Shown here piece after piece: positions 42,900 through 51,040 of a stretch of 64,000 nucleotides of DNA. A program made the position numbers and the translations under genes. Source of the stretch: an uncultured Spirochaetales bacterium. GTDB lineage: Bacteria > Spirochaetota > Spirochaetia > Treponematales > JBGSOB01. Every line of letters starts with the position of its first letter. The stretch's first letter is position 1. The notes beneath the pieces are model-generated. The model was not told the origin of the DNA. It searched no databases and saw only the letters and a list, made by a program, of their open reading frames with translations. The stretch spans positions 524 through 64,523 of the forward strand of contig CAYYCP010000006.1 in assembly GCA_964470375.1 (NCBI GenBank). Reading direction: 5' to 3'.

Positions 42900-45196
42900 G
42901 AGGCCTCCAAGGCCGCAGCCAGGGCGGCCACTGCTTCCTTGAGGCCCTCTATGGCTGTCTCGGGCCTCTCGTCCTGAGCGCCGATGCAGGAGGGGCAGCC
43001 GGAGCGGCAGCCGCATGCCCGGGTGCGCTCGGCGGCGGCCTTGAGGGCCTCGCCCATGCGTTCCACCAGGGCCTCGGCCAGCCCGGTCCCGCCGGGGTAT
43101 TTATCGTAAAGATAGATGGCAGGGCATTCGAAGTGCGGATCGCGCACGCGCTCGCTTACGCCGATGTCCTGGGGCTCGCAGCGCACGAAGACCGGTGCGA
43201 CCTGCTTCAGGATGTGGCCGAGGGATGCCAGGGCGGCTGGGCGGGCGGCGCTGCCGGCGGCATCAAGGGCCGCCTCGGCCGGGCCGCCGGGCGGTAGGAG
43301 GATGACGGCCGCGCGGGTCTGGAGTTCTTCCTCCTTCTGGGCGATGTCGCCGTAGCCGATGTTCTCATGGCTGTGGAACCGTATCTTCTTATACTTCGTT
43401 GCTTCCGTTCGCACCAGCACATCGCCCAGGGCCAACTCGACGGCGCCCCTGTCCAGGCGGTTGTCCACCGAGAGGACCTTGATGTCGGTCTTGACCACCG
43501 CGTCGGTGTAGTAGTTGACCTCGACGGTCTCCACCAGGCAGGTCCGCTTCTCCACGTCCAGCTTCTTGACGATATACTGCCGGCCGCGGTGGATGTAGAC
43601 AGCCTCGTCGAAGATGAGCTCCTTGGCGCTGGGCCGGTCCATCTCGCCTATCACCTGGTTGCGTCCCTGGCTGACGTCGATGATGACGATGTTGTCGGCG
43701 TTGGCCGAGCGTAAGGACACCCCCTCGGCCGGATAGCCCTGGCTGGACCAATAATACTTGCCCCCCGAAAAACGCAGGATGCCCTCCTCCTCCAGGAAGG
43801 CCAAGGCCTCGGCCAGGCCGCTTCCGAAATCCTCCTCAGGCGAGAAGGGCAACTCGAAGGCCGCGCACTTGACGTGATCCATGTAGATGTAGGGATTGGC
43901 TGGATCGATGCGGGCCGATTCGGGGCTGCGCCCGAAGAAATACTCAGGATGGGCTAAAAGGTACTGATCCAGAGGCGAGCTGGAGGCGACCAGGACGGCG
44001 CAGCTCTCGGCGGCCCGGCGCCCGGCCCGCCCTACCTGCTGCCAGAAGGAGGAAAAGGCCCCCGGAAAGCCGGCCACAACGGCCGCGTCCAGGCCGCCGA
44101 TGTCTATGCCCAGCTCCAGGGCGTTGGTTGAGACCACGCCCTGTATCTCCCCTGAGCGCAACCCGCGCTCTATCTCGCGCCGCTCCGAGGGCAGGAAGCC
44201 GCCCCGGTAGGGTTCCACGCGTATGCCATGGTCGCGGTTGTACATGTTGCGCAGGGACTCGTTAATATAGGAAGAAATGATCTCGACCCTCACCCTGGAA
44301 CGGGCGAAGAGAATGGTCTTGATGCCCGCCCGCAGGAAGGCCAGGGCCAGCCGCTGGGACTCGTTGGTCACCCCCCGGCGTATGCCCTGTACCGGATCCA
44401 CCAGGGGCGGATTGTAAAAATACAAGCTCTTGGCCCCGGAGGGGGCCCCGTTGTCGTCCACCAGCTCGGCCTCGCGCCCGATCAAGGAGGCGGCCAGCTC
44501 CTGCGGGTTGCCTATGGTCGCCGAGGCCAGGATGAAGCTGGGGCGGTTCCCGTAGAAGGCGGCCACCCGCGATAGGCGGCGAATCAGGTTGGCCACATGG
44601 CTGCCGAAGACCCCGCGGTAGGCGTGCATCTCGTCTATGACCACGTAACGCAGGTTGGAGACGAATGTGATCCAGCGCGGGTGATTGGGCAGGATGCCTG
44701 AGTGCAGCATGTCCGGGTTGGATATTACGATGCGTCCGCCATCCTTGGCCGCGATGCGGAGGGAAGAGGGCGTATCGCCGTCGTAGGTGTAGACCTTGAG
44801 GGGCAAATCGCCGGCCAGGCAGAGCTCGTTCAGTTCGCTCTGTTGATCCTGGGAGAGGGCCTTGGTGGGGAAGAGGTAGAGGGCCCGGGCCTGGGGATCC
44901 TCGAGGAGGGCCTGTATGACCGGCAGGTTGTAGCATAGGGTCTTGCCCGAGGCGGTGGGGGTGACGACCACGAAGTCGCGTCCGGCCCGGGCTAACTCGT
45001 AGCAGCGAGCCTGGTGGGTATAAAGCCGCTCCACGCCCCTGGCCAACAGAGCCCGTGACAGGCCCGCCTGAAGATCTGAAGGCAGGGGGGCGTAGCGCCC
45101 CTCGCGGGCCGGGATGCGCTCCACGTGGGTGATGCAGTCCAGGACGCCCGCCTCAGCGAGGGCCCGCTCGAAAAGCTTGGCGTTCCCGGATTCCAT
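42872..45196 (-). CDS. DEAD/DEAH-box helicase with C-terminal four-Cys DUF1998/MZB domain (YprA/MrfA-like)
   Basis: TPTASGKTLCY (Walker A), VIDEMHAY (DExH), FARSR...STNALELGIDIG...QQVGRAGRR, and C-terminal ACGCRSGCPSC. Confidence 0.85.
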   Translation of the reverse strand: MESGNAKLFERALAEAGVLDCITHVERIPAREGRYAPLPSDLQAGLSRALLARGVERLYTHQARCYELARAGRDFVVVTPTASGKTLCYNLPVIQALLEDPQARALYLFPTKALSQDQQSELNELCLAGDLPLKVYTYDGDTPSSLRIAAKDGGRIVISNPDMLHSGILPNHPRWITFVSNLRYVVIDEMHAYRGVFGSHVANLIRRLSRVAAFYGNRPSFILASATIGNPQELAASLIGREAELVDDNGAPSGAKSLYFYNPPLVDPVQGIRRGVTNESQRLALAFLRAGIKTILFARSRVRVEIISSYINESLRNMYNRDHGIRVEPYRGGFLPSERREIERGLRSGEIQGVVSTNALELGIDIGGLDAAVVAGFPGAFSSFWQQVGRAGRRAAESCAVLVASSSPLDQYLLAHPEYFFGRSPESARIDPANPYIYMDHVKCAAFELPFSPEEDFGSGLAEALAFLEEEGILRFSGGKYYWSSQGYPAEGVSLRSANADNIVIIDVSQGRNQVIGEMDRPSAKELIFDEAVYIHRGRQYIVKKLDVEKRTCLVETVEVNYYTDAVVKTDIKVLSVDNRLDRGAVELALGDVLVRTEATKYKKIRFHSHENIGYGDIAQKEEELQTRAAVILLPPGGPAEAALDAAGSAARPAALASLGHILKQVAPVFVRCEPQDIGVSERVRDPHFECPAIYLYDKYPGGTGLAEALVERMGEALKAAAERTRACGCRSGCPSCIGAQDERPETAIEGLKEAVAALAAALEASWPDPSRSA

Positions 45197-45206
45197 GTTC
45201 TATACT
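45177..45206 (+). promoter_or_regulatory. Predicted glgC promoter (TTGGCG-18-TATACT)
   Basis: TTGGCG 45177-45182, TATACT 45201-45206. Leaves a ~49-nt leader with an AGGAGG SD. Confidence 0.5.
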
Positions 45207-45232
45207 ATACGCCGTTATCCGCGGATGGTGAA
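45204..45232 (-). promoter_or_regulatory. Predicted promoter TTCACC-17-TATAGT, 7 nt before the mrfA-like ATG (leaderless geometry)
   Basis: Minus strand: TTCACC (45232-45227), 17-nt spacer, TATAGT (45209-45204), atagaac, ATG 45196. Its -10 overlaps the glgC -10 in the near-palindromic run TATACTATA. Confidence 0.5.
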
Positions 45233-45261
45233 GGCCGCGCAGCGCAGCCTCAGGAGGCTAC

Positions 45262-46533
45262 ATGTACAAGGTCCTCTCGATCGTGCTGGGGGGCGGGAAG
45301 GGCAGCCGCCTGTTCCCACTGACGAAGGAAAGGTCCAAGCCGGCCGTGCCCTTCGGCGGCAAGTACCGCCTGGTCGACATCCCTATATCCAATTGCATCA
45401 ATTCAGGTTTCCGCCATATCTACATCCTGACCCAATACAACTCGGCCTCCCTCCACCTCCACCTGGCGCGCACCTATAATTTCGACGCCTTTTCCTCGGG
45501 CTTCTGCGAGATCCTGGCCGCCGAGCAGACCCTGACCCACACGGGCTGGTACGAAGGCACGGCCGACGCGGTGCGCAAGAACCTGACCCATTTCCGCCCC
45601 CAGCACCCCACCCATTACCTGATCCTGGCCGGGGATCAGCTCTACCGCATGGACTTCTCGGATATGTTCAAGCGCCATCTCGAGTCCGGGGCCAAGTTGA
45701 CCGTGGCCTGCACCACCGCCAGCCGCCAGGACGTCAGCGCTCTGGGCATCATGCGCGTGGACGAGCGCAACGCCATCCAGGAGTTCATGGAGAAGCCCGG
45801 CCCCACCCGGGACATCTCCGCCTTCCGCCTGCCTGAGCGCCTACTGGACGAGAATTCCCGCGACAAACCCTATCTAGCCTCCATGGGCATCTACATCTTC
45901 GACGCCGACCTCATGGAGGAGGCCCTCCAGACCGACCTGGCCGACTTCGGCGGGGAGATCATCCCTGAGTTCATCAAAACGGTGCCCACCAACAGCTACA
46001 TCTTCCGCGGCTACTGGGAGGACATCGGGACCATCAAGTCCTTCTACGAGGCCAACCTGGCCCTGGCCACCATCAACCCGGCCTTCAACTTCTACGACGA
46101 GCAGGCGCCTATTTACACCCGCATGCGCAACCTCCCGGCCAGCAAAATCAATAACTGCACCATCAACCAGGCCCTATGCTCCGACGGCTGCATCATCACC
46201 AATTCCACCATCCAGCACTCGGTGATCGGCATCCGTACAATCGTCGAGTCGGGGGCCAACCTGGACGGGGTGGTCTGCATGGGGGCCGACTTTTACCAGA
46301 CCGCGGCCCAGAAGGCCGCCGCCGCAAAGGTCGGCCTCCCGCCTATCGGCATAGGCCGAGGCTGCATCATCAAGAACGCCATCATCGATAAGAACGCCTG
46401 CATAGGCGAGAACTGCCGGATCGGTATAGACAGCCGCGAACGCACCGAGGGCGAGCACGACAATTACTGGATAGTGGATGGCATCATCGTCATCCCCAAG
46501 GGGGCTGTCCTGAAGCCGGGCACGGTAATATGA
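45262..46533 (+). CDS. glgC: Glucose-1-phosphate adenylyltransferase
   Basis: LGGGKGSRLFPLTKERSKPAVPFGGKYRLVDIPISNCINSG...GWYEGTADAV, with a C-terminal LbH repeat region. Confidence 0.92.
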   Translation: MYKVLSIVLGGGKGSRLFPLTKERSKPAVPFGGKYRLVDIPISNCINSGFRHIYILTQYNSASLHLHLARTYNFDAFSSGFCEILAAEQTLTHTGWYEGTADAVRKNLTHFRPQHPTHYLILAGDQLYRMDFSDMFKRHLESGAKLTVACTTASRQDVSALGIMRVDERNAIQEFMEKPGPTRDISAFRLPERLLDENSRDKPYLASMGIYIFDADLMEEALQTDLADFGGEIIPEFIKTVPTNSYIFRGYWEDIGTIKSFYEANLALATINPAFNFYDEQAPIYTRMRNLPASKINNCTINQALCSDGCIITNSTIQHSVIGIRTIVESGANLDGVVCMGADFYQTAAQKAAAAKVGLPPIGIGRGCIIKNAIIDKNACIGENCRIGIDSRERTEGEHDNYWIVDGIIVIPKGAVLKPGTVI

Positions 46534-46552
46534 GGAAGGGGCCGGGTCGCTC

Positions 46553-46587
46553 TTGACAGCTGGGAATCCAATTTGATACGGTATAAG
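46553..46587 (+). promoter_or_regulatory. Predicted rpsT promoter (consensus TTGACA; -10 either TACGGT at 18 nt or TATAAG)
   Basis: TTGACA 46553-46558. TACGGT 46577-46582 fits TAnnnT. TATAAG lies at 46582-46587. Confidence 0.4.
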
Positions 46588-46604
46588 GAGATTTTCTTTC
46601 GAAG

Positions 46605-46620
46605 CGCCCCCGAGGGGGCG
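46605..46620 (+). promoter_or_regulatory. GC hairpin in the rpsT 5' leader (CGCCCC-cgag-GGGGCG)
   Basis: A 6-bp G/C stem with a 4-nt loop, 10 nt upstream of the GGAGGG SD and the TTG start. Confidence 0.35.
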
Positions 46621-46643
46621 ATTCTTCCTGGAGGGTAAGGCAT

Positions 46644-46913
46644 TTGGCTTCTAAACAGAGCTCGGCTGCCAAAAGGCACCGGCAGAGCGAAGAGCGCCGG
46701 CTCCGCAACAAGACGGTCAAGAGCGCGATCAGGACCCAGGCCAAGAAGGTCGTGGCCGCGGTCCAGAAGAAGAACGGCGATGAAGCCGGGGAATCCCTGG
46801 CGGAATTGATCAAGAAGCTCGACACCGCCGCCCGCAAGGGCATCATCAAGAAAAACGCAGCGGCCCGCAAGAAATCGCGGATGCAGAGGCTATACAACGG
46901 TCTCAAGGCCTAG
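46644..46913 (+). CDS. rpsT: 30S ribosomal protein S20 (TTG start)
   Basis: MASKQSSAAKRHRQSEERRLRNKTVKSAIRT... GGAGGG SD. The start codon is TTG 46644. Confidence 0.9.
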   Translation: MASKQSSAAKRHRQSEERRLRNKTVKSAIRTQAKKVVAAVQKKNGDEAGESLAELIKKLDTAARKGIIKKNAAARKKSRMQRLYNGLKA

Positions 46914-47000
46914 CGCGGGCCAGGCCGGCCGTGCCCCGGGGCAGTCGCCTCGGGGGCCGGTCAGGTCGGCCGACTCGGGGCGCCAGGTGGAGGATGTGCC

Positions 47001-47315
47001 ATGGCGGACAAGGTGACGAAGGCTGATTTCATCGAAACACTCTTCGAAGCGACCAAGGTGAACCGCAAGGACATCCACCTGGTGATCGATTCATTCCTCG
47101 ATGAAGTCAAGAAAGCCCTGATCGCCGACAATGTCGTCGAGCTACGCGGCTTCGGGACATTCGAAGTGCGCACGCGCAAGGGCAGGTCGCGGGCCCGTAA
47201 CCCGCGCACCGGCGAGACCGTCTCGGTCCAGGATCACGGCGTAGCGGTCTTCCGCCCAGGCAAGGAGCTCAAGCACCTGGTCTGGTCCGTCAGGAAATCC
47301 AAGGAAGAGGGCTGA
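47001..47315 (+). CDS. hup: HU/IHF-family DNA-binding protein
   Basis: VELRGFGTFEVRTRKGRSRARNPRTGETVSVQDHGVAVFRPGKELK is the HU beta-arm signature. GGAGGA SD. Confidence 0.88.
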   Translation: MADKVTKADFIETLFEATKVNRKDIHLVIDSFLDEVKKALIADNVVELRGFGTFEVRTRKGRSRARNPRTGETVSVQDHGVAVFRPGKELKHLVWSVRKSKEEG

Positions 47316-47332
47316 CGGCCTCCCCCTCAGAC

Positions 47333-49012
47333 GTGAAGGCCGGAGAACGCGGCCTGCCTTGGCACCTGGCAGCCTCCGCTTCCCTAGGCGCCCTCTCCGC
47401 CGTCCTGTTCTGGTCGGCATTCCCCAATCAGTTTTTCCCCGAAGGCCTGGGCTGGACCGCCTTTATCGCCCTAGCCCCCTTGGCCCTGGCCTTGTCCCAA
47501 CCGACCTCATCGAGCCTCCAGGCCCGCCTAGGCCCGGTGGCGGCGGGGATCGCCTTCGGCGCCCTCTCCCACGCCCTCCTTTACCCCTGGGTCGCAGCCT
47601 ATCATCCCTGGGCGCCCGCCCTCCTCATCGTCCTCAAGGCCCTTGGCTACGGTGTTATCGCGGCCGGCATGGCCCTCCTCCTCAGGCGCTTTCCCGCCTG
47701 GGGCTGGCTGGGCGCGGCCTGCCTCTGGACCGGGACCGAATACGCCCAGGCGAACGGTTTCCTGGCCTTCCCCTATGCCGTCCTGGGCTACAGCCAATAC
47801 GCCTGGGCACCCCTGCTGAGGTCGGCGGCTTTGTGGGGTGTCCACGGCGTATCCTTCATCCTAGCCTGCGTCTCCATGTCAACCGGCACCATCATGGCCG
47901 CCCCGCGGGAGACCATTCTCCGCCCCAGCCGCTGCATGCCTGCACTTGCCGGAACCGGCTGCATCGGCCTCATCCTTATCGGCCTGGGAGTCGCCTACTC
48001 TCCGGCGAAAACGCACATCCTCGACAAGGATGGCAGGCTCTCCATCCTCCTCCTCCAGGCCGATACGGAGCCGCGCAGTCAGGGAGCCCGTCCCGCCCGT
48101 GAGTACGTCGATCTCCTGAAAGGCATGGTGGAAGCAGACGCCGATGGTCTCCGCGACGCAGACCTGGTGGTCACCCCTGAGACAGTCTACCCATACCCCC
48201 TGGAGCTCGGCCTGGCATCGGACCCGGACTCCGCCGAGGGTTCGGCCGCCCGCGCCCTCATGGACATGATCACCTCTACGGGCAAGCCATGGCTCCTGGG
48301 CAACGCCTCCATGGGTTTCGCCGAGGGCCGGGGAGGGAGACTCGAGCCCCTGGTGCGCAATTCCGTCCTCTACATCGAGGGCGGAAGGATCTGGGCCTCC
48401 TACGACAAGCGCCGCCTGGTCCCCTTCTCCGAAGACTTCCCCTTCCGGGCCGCTTTCCCGCGCCTGCGCTCCGGCCTGGCCTCCCGGTTCGGCTTCCTCT
48501 GGACTCCGGGCGAATCCATGAGCCTCTTCAGCGTGAAAGGCTCCCGCATAGGCACGCCCATCTGCTATGAGGACTGCTTCGGGGCCGACTGCGCGGACTT
48601 CGCTCGAGCCGGGGCCGACCTCCTCCTGTCTGTGGCAAGCGATGCATGGTCGCGCTCGCGGGCGGCCATGAGCCAACACCTGGCTTGCGCGGCTTTCAGG
48701 GCCGTTGAGACCGGCCTGCCCCTCCTTCGCGCGACTAATGACGGTCTGAGCTGTCTCATAAGCCCTGAGGGCCGGGTGTTATCACTCCTGGAACCCTTCC
48801 TCCGCGCCTCCGCTCTGTATTCGATCCCAGCGCCTTCCCGCGGATTCAGGCCATATATGGTTCTTGGAGACATGGCCGCCCTGGCCTCAGCGGCCGCAGC
48901 GGTCCTTCTCCTCTCAGTCGCCCTAGCCCCGCCATTGAGGCGTTCATTGACAAGAAATGGAATGTGGTGGAGAATAAGACGGCATCGAGGCCGGTCCCAC
49001 ACCACGACCTAA
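47333..49012 (+). CDS. lnt: Apolipoprotein N-acyltransferase
   Basis: Multi-TM N-terminal half. C-terminal CN-hydrolase domain with ...VVTPET... and the catalytic Cys in PICYEDCF. Confidence 0.85.
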   Translation: MKAGERGLPWHLAASASLGALSAVLFWSAFPNQFFPEGLGWTAFIALAPLALALSQPTSSSLQARLGPVAAGIAFGALSHALLYPWVAAYHPWAPALLIVLKALGYGVIAAGMALLLRRFPAWGWLGAACLWTGTEYAQANGFLAFPYAVLGYSQYAWAPLLRSAALWGVHGVSFILACVSMSTGTIMAAPRETILRPSRCMPALAGTGCIGLILIGLGVAYSPAKTHILDKDGRLSILLLQADTEPRSQGARPAREYVDLLKGMVEADADGLRDADLVVTPETVYPYPLELGLASDPDSAEGSAARALMDMITSTGKPWLLGNASMGFAEGRGGRLEPLVRNSVLYIEGGRIWASYDKRRLVPFSEDFPFRAAFPRLRSGLASRFGFLWTPGESMSLFSVKGSRIGTPICYEDCFGADCADFARAGADLLLSVASDAWSRSRAAMSQHLACAAFRAVETGLPLLRATNDGLSCLISPEGRVLSLLEPFLRASALYSIPAPSRGFRPYMVLGDMAALASAAAAVLLLSVALAPPLRRSLTRNGMWWRIRRHRGRSHTTT

Positions 49013-49022
49013 GGAAGAGCGC

Positions 49023-49721
49023 ATGGAACACCGCAAACGGATACTGATCGTCGACGATGAGCTTATTAACCTGGAATTCTTCGACGTCATGCTGTCCAAG
49101 CTGGGCTTCCAGGTGGCTAAGGCCGAAAACGGTGAGGAAGCCCTCGAGAGCGTGCGCGAGTTCCAGCCCGACCTCATCATCCTGGACAATATCATGCCCA
49201 AGCTTTCGGGCTGGGAAGTCACCAAGATTCTCAAGACCGACCCCAACTACGCCGCCTATTCCGAGATCCCCATCATCATGTTCTCTGCCCTGGACGACGT
49301 GAAGGACAAGGTCGAGGGCTTCGACCTGGGCGTGGACGACTACATCACCAAGCCGTACAACTTCTCTGAGGTGCTCGTGCGCATCCGGGCCCTCCTGCGC
49401 ACGCGGGACCTGATAAGCCAGCTGGAGCAGCGCGAGACACGCATCGCCCTCACCGAGAAGCTCAACGACGGCCTGGTCACCTTCGCCGAGAGCCTCAGGC
49501 AGCCCATGGAGAGTCTGCTGGCGAAGGCCTCGGCCGTCAAGGACGCTTCCGGCCCGGCCGCTGAGCTGGCCGCCTTAGCGGCCGCTGAGGCCCGCGGGGT
49601 GATCGATCGCCTCAAGGAGCTGGCCAGCACCATCGCCTCGCTCAAGGAAGAGGAGGCCCGGATCCGCGAGAACGAGATAGGCATCAAGACGCTCAGGAGT
49701 CAGCCGGGCCGCAAGGCCTGA
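49023..49721 (+). CDS. Response regulator (receiver domain plus C-terminal coiled coil, no recognised output domain)
   Basis: ILIVDDELINLEFF...PDLIILDNIMPKLSGWE...PIIMFSALDD...GVDDYITKP. Confidence 0.8.
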   Translation: MEHRKRILIVDDELINLEFFDVMLSKLGFQVAKAENGEEALESVREFQPDLIILDNIMPKLSGWEVTKILKTDPNYAAYSEIPIIMFSALDDVKDKVEGFDLGVDDYITKPYNFSEVLVRIRALLRTRDLISQLEQRETRIALTEKLNDGLVTFAESLRQPMESLLAKASAVKDASGPAAELAALAAAEARGVIDRLKELASTIASLKEEEARIRENEIGIKTLRSQPGRKA

Positions 49722-49739
49722 GGGCGCGGAGGTGGCGGG

Positions 49740-49961
49740 ATGATCAGCGAGCAGAAGCGCGCGGTCCTGGAATTCTTCGCTGAGGGGCGGCGTCATTATA
49801 AGCTCATGAATTTCCTGGAAGCCCAGCGGGCCTTCGGCGAAGCCCTCAAGATCGATCCCAACGACGGGCCTTCCAAGATATATTACCAGCGCTGCAAACA
49901 CTACATCGAAAACCCCCCGCCCGAGGACTGGGACGGGGTCTTCGTCATGAAGACCAAGTAG
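49740..49961 (+). CDS. Small TPR-like protein ending in a PPPEDWDGVFVMKTK motif
   Basis: 73 aa, GGAGG SD. FLEAQRAFGEALKIDPNDGPSKIYYQRCKHYIENPPPEDWDGVFVMKTK. Confidence 0.55.
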   Translation: MISEQKRAVLEFFAEGRRHYKLMNFLEAQRAFGEALKIDPNDGPSKIYYQRCKHYIENPPPEDWDGVFVMKTK

Positions 49962-49977
49962 GCCCGGAGTAGGATCC

Positions 49978-50382
49978 ATGCCAAGAGACAAGAAGAACTC
50001 CCTCCCGGGAGGGCCCCCGCGTACAGTGCTGGGCCGCACCACATCTTTTTCCGGCCGATTGACCTTCGTCGAGTCCCTCAAGATCGACGGACGTTTCGAG
50101 GGCAACATAGATTCCACCGGCTTCCTTTATGTGGAGGAGGGAGCGGAGCTGCACGTGCAGGCCCTCAAGGCCGCCCGGGTGGTGGTGGCCGGTACCGTCC
50201 GCGGCGATATCATAGCCGCGGACTCGGTGGATCTCCTCCCCAGCGCGCGTGTCTACGGCAATATACGCACCCAGAAACTACGCATCGCCGACGGGGTCAT
50301 CTTCGAGGGGCGCTGCGAAATGATCAAGTCCGCGGATTCTTTCAATCCCTTCACCGCCCAGCGCCCTGGCGAGGGCCCTTGA
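49978..50382 (+). CDS. Bactofilin (polymer-forming cytoskeletal protein)
   Basis: The repetitive beta-helix pattern is GRLTFVESLKIDGRFEGNI...VVVAGTVRGDIIAADSVDLLPSARVYGNIRTQKLRIADGVIFEGRC. Confidence 0.85.
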   Translation: MPRDKKNSLPGGPPRTVLGRTTSFSGRLTFVESLKIDGRFEGNIDSTGFLYVEEGAELHVQALKAARVVVAGTVRGDIIAADSVDLLPSARVYGNIRTQKLRIADGVIFEGRCEMIKSADSFNPFTAQRPGEGP

Positions 50383-50912
50383 GGTTCATGCCCCCCAACT
50401 TGTCCGCGCGCCTGGCGGCCGGGCGCCTCCACAGGCTACTCTTGGGCTCGGGACTCCGCCTGGCCTTGGCAGAGTCCTGCACCGGCGGCCTTATTTCGGC
50501 CCTCCTCACCGACCTGCCGGGTTCCAGCGGCTATTTCTGGGGTGGCGCTGTTGTCTACTCCAACCGGGCTAAGTCCATCCTTGCCGGGGTCCCGGAGGGC
50601 CTGATAGCCTGTCATGGGGCCGTTTCTGAGGAAACTGTGCGGGCCCTCCTCGATGGCATCCTTGAGACCAGCGGGGCGGATCTCGCCTGCGCCGTCTCAG
50701 GCATAGCCGGCCCGGGCGGAGGCAGCCCGGGTAAGCCAGTGGGCACAGTCTACGCCGGAGTCAAAGCTACGGGCGCCCAGGCCCTTGTGGAACGGCTCTC
50801 CCTCAAGGGCGGTCGAAGGGCCGTTCGCCTGCGCAGCGCCGAAGCCGCCCTCCGCATGCTGGCAGACCTTGCAGCCCTTCGCCTTGACAATTCCGCGGAC
50901 CGGGGAGTATAG
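50379..50912 (+). CDS. pncC: CinA C-terminal domain protein / nicotinamide-nucleotide amidohydrolase-like
   Basis: LALAESCTGGLISALLTDLPGSSGYFWGGAVVYSN..K...SGIAGPGGG...KPVGTVY. The start is ambiguous (TTG 50379 or ATG 50388). Confidence 0.85.
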   Translation: MRFMPPNLSARLAAGRLHRLLLGSGLRLALAESCTGGLISALLTDLPGSSGYFWGGAVVYSNRAKSILAGVPEGLIACHGAVSEETVRALLDGILETSGADLACAVSGIAGPGGGSPGKPVGTVYAGVKATGAQALVERLSLKGGRRAVRLRSAEAALRMLADLAALRLDNSADRGV

Positions 50913-50913
50913 T
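50884..50913 (+). promoter_or_regulatory. Predicted rho promoter (TTGACA-18-TATAGT) embedded in the 3' end of the CinA-like gene
   Basis: Consensus TTGACA 50884-50889, 18-nt spacer, TATAGT 50908-50913. Leaves a ~120-nt leader to ATG 51041. Confidence 0.6.
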
Positions 50914-51040
50914 CGCTTATCGGACAATACCGCACCTTTCCTACAATGGCTCCCGCGCATTCACAGCAGATAGATAGTATGCGCTGTTCGCGCGCGACCA
51001 TACCCCATACCAAGGCATAGAGCCAAAGAACGGAGAATAG

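Noticed and set aside
46914-47000. GC-rich perfect palindromes (TGCCCCGGGGCA, GTCGGCCGAC) between rpsT and the HU gene, considered as a terminator.
   Set aside because: No U-tract follows. Short GC palindromes are expected by chance in DNA this GC-rich, and rpsT and the HU gene are probably co-transcribed.
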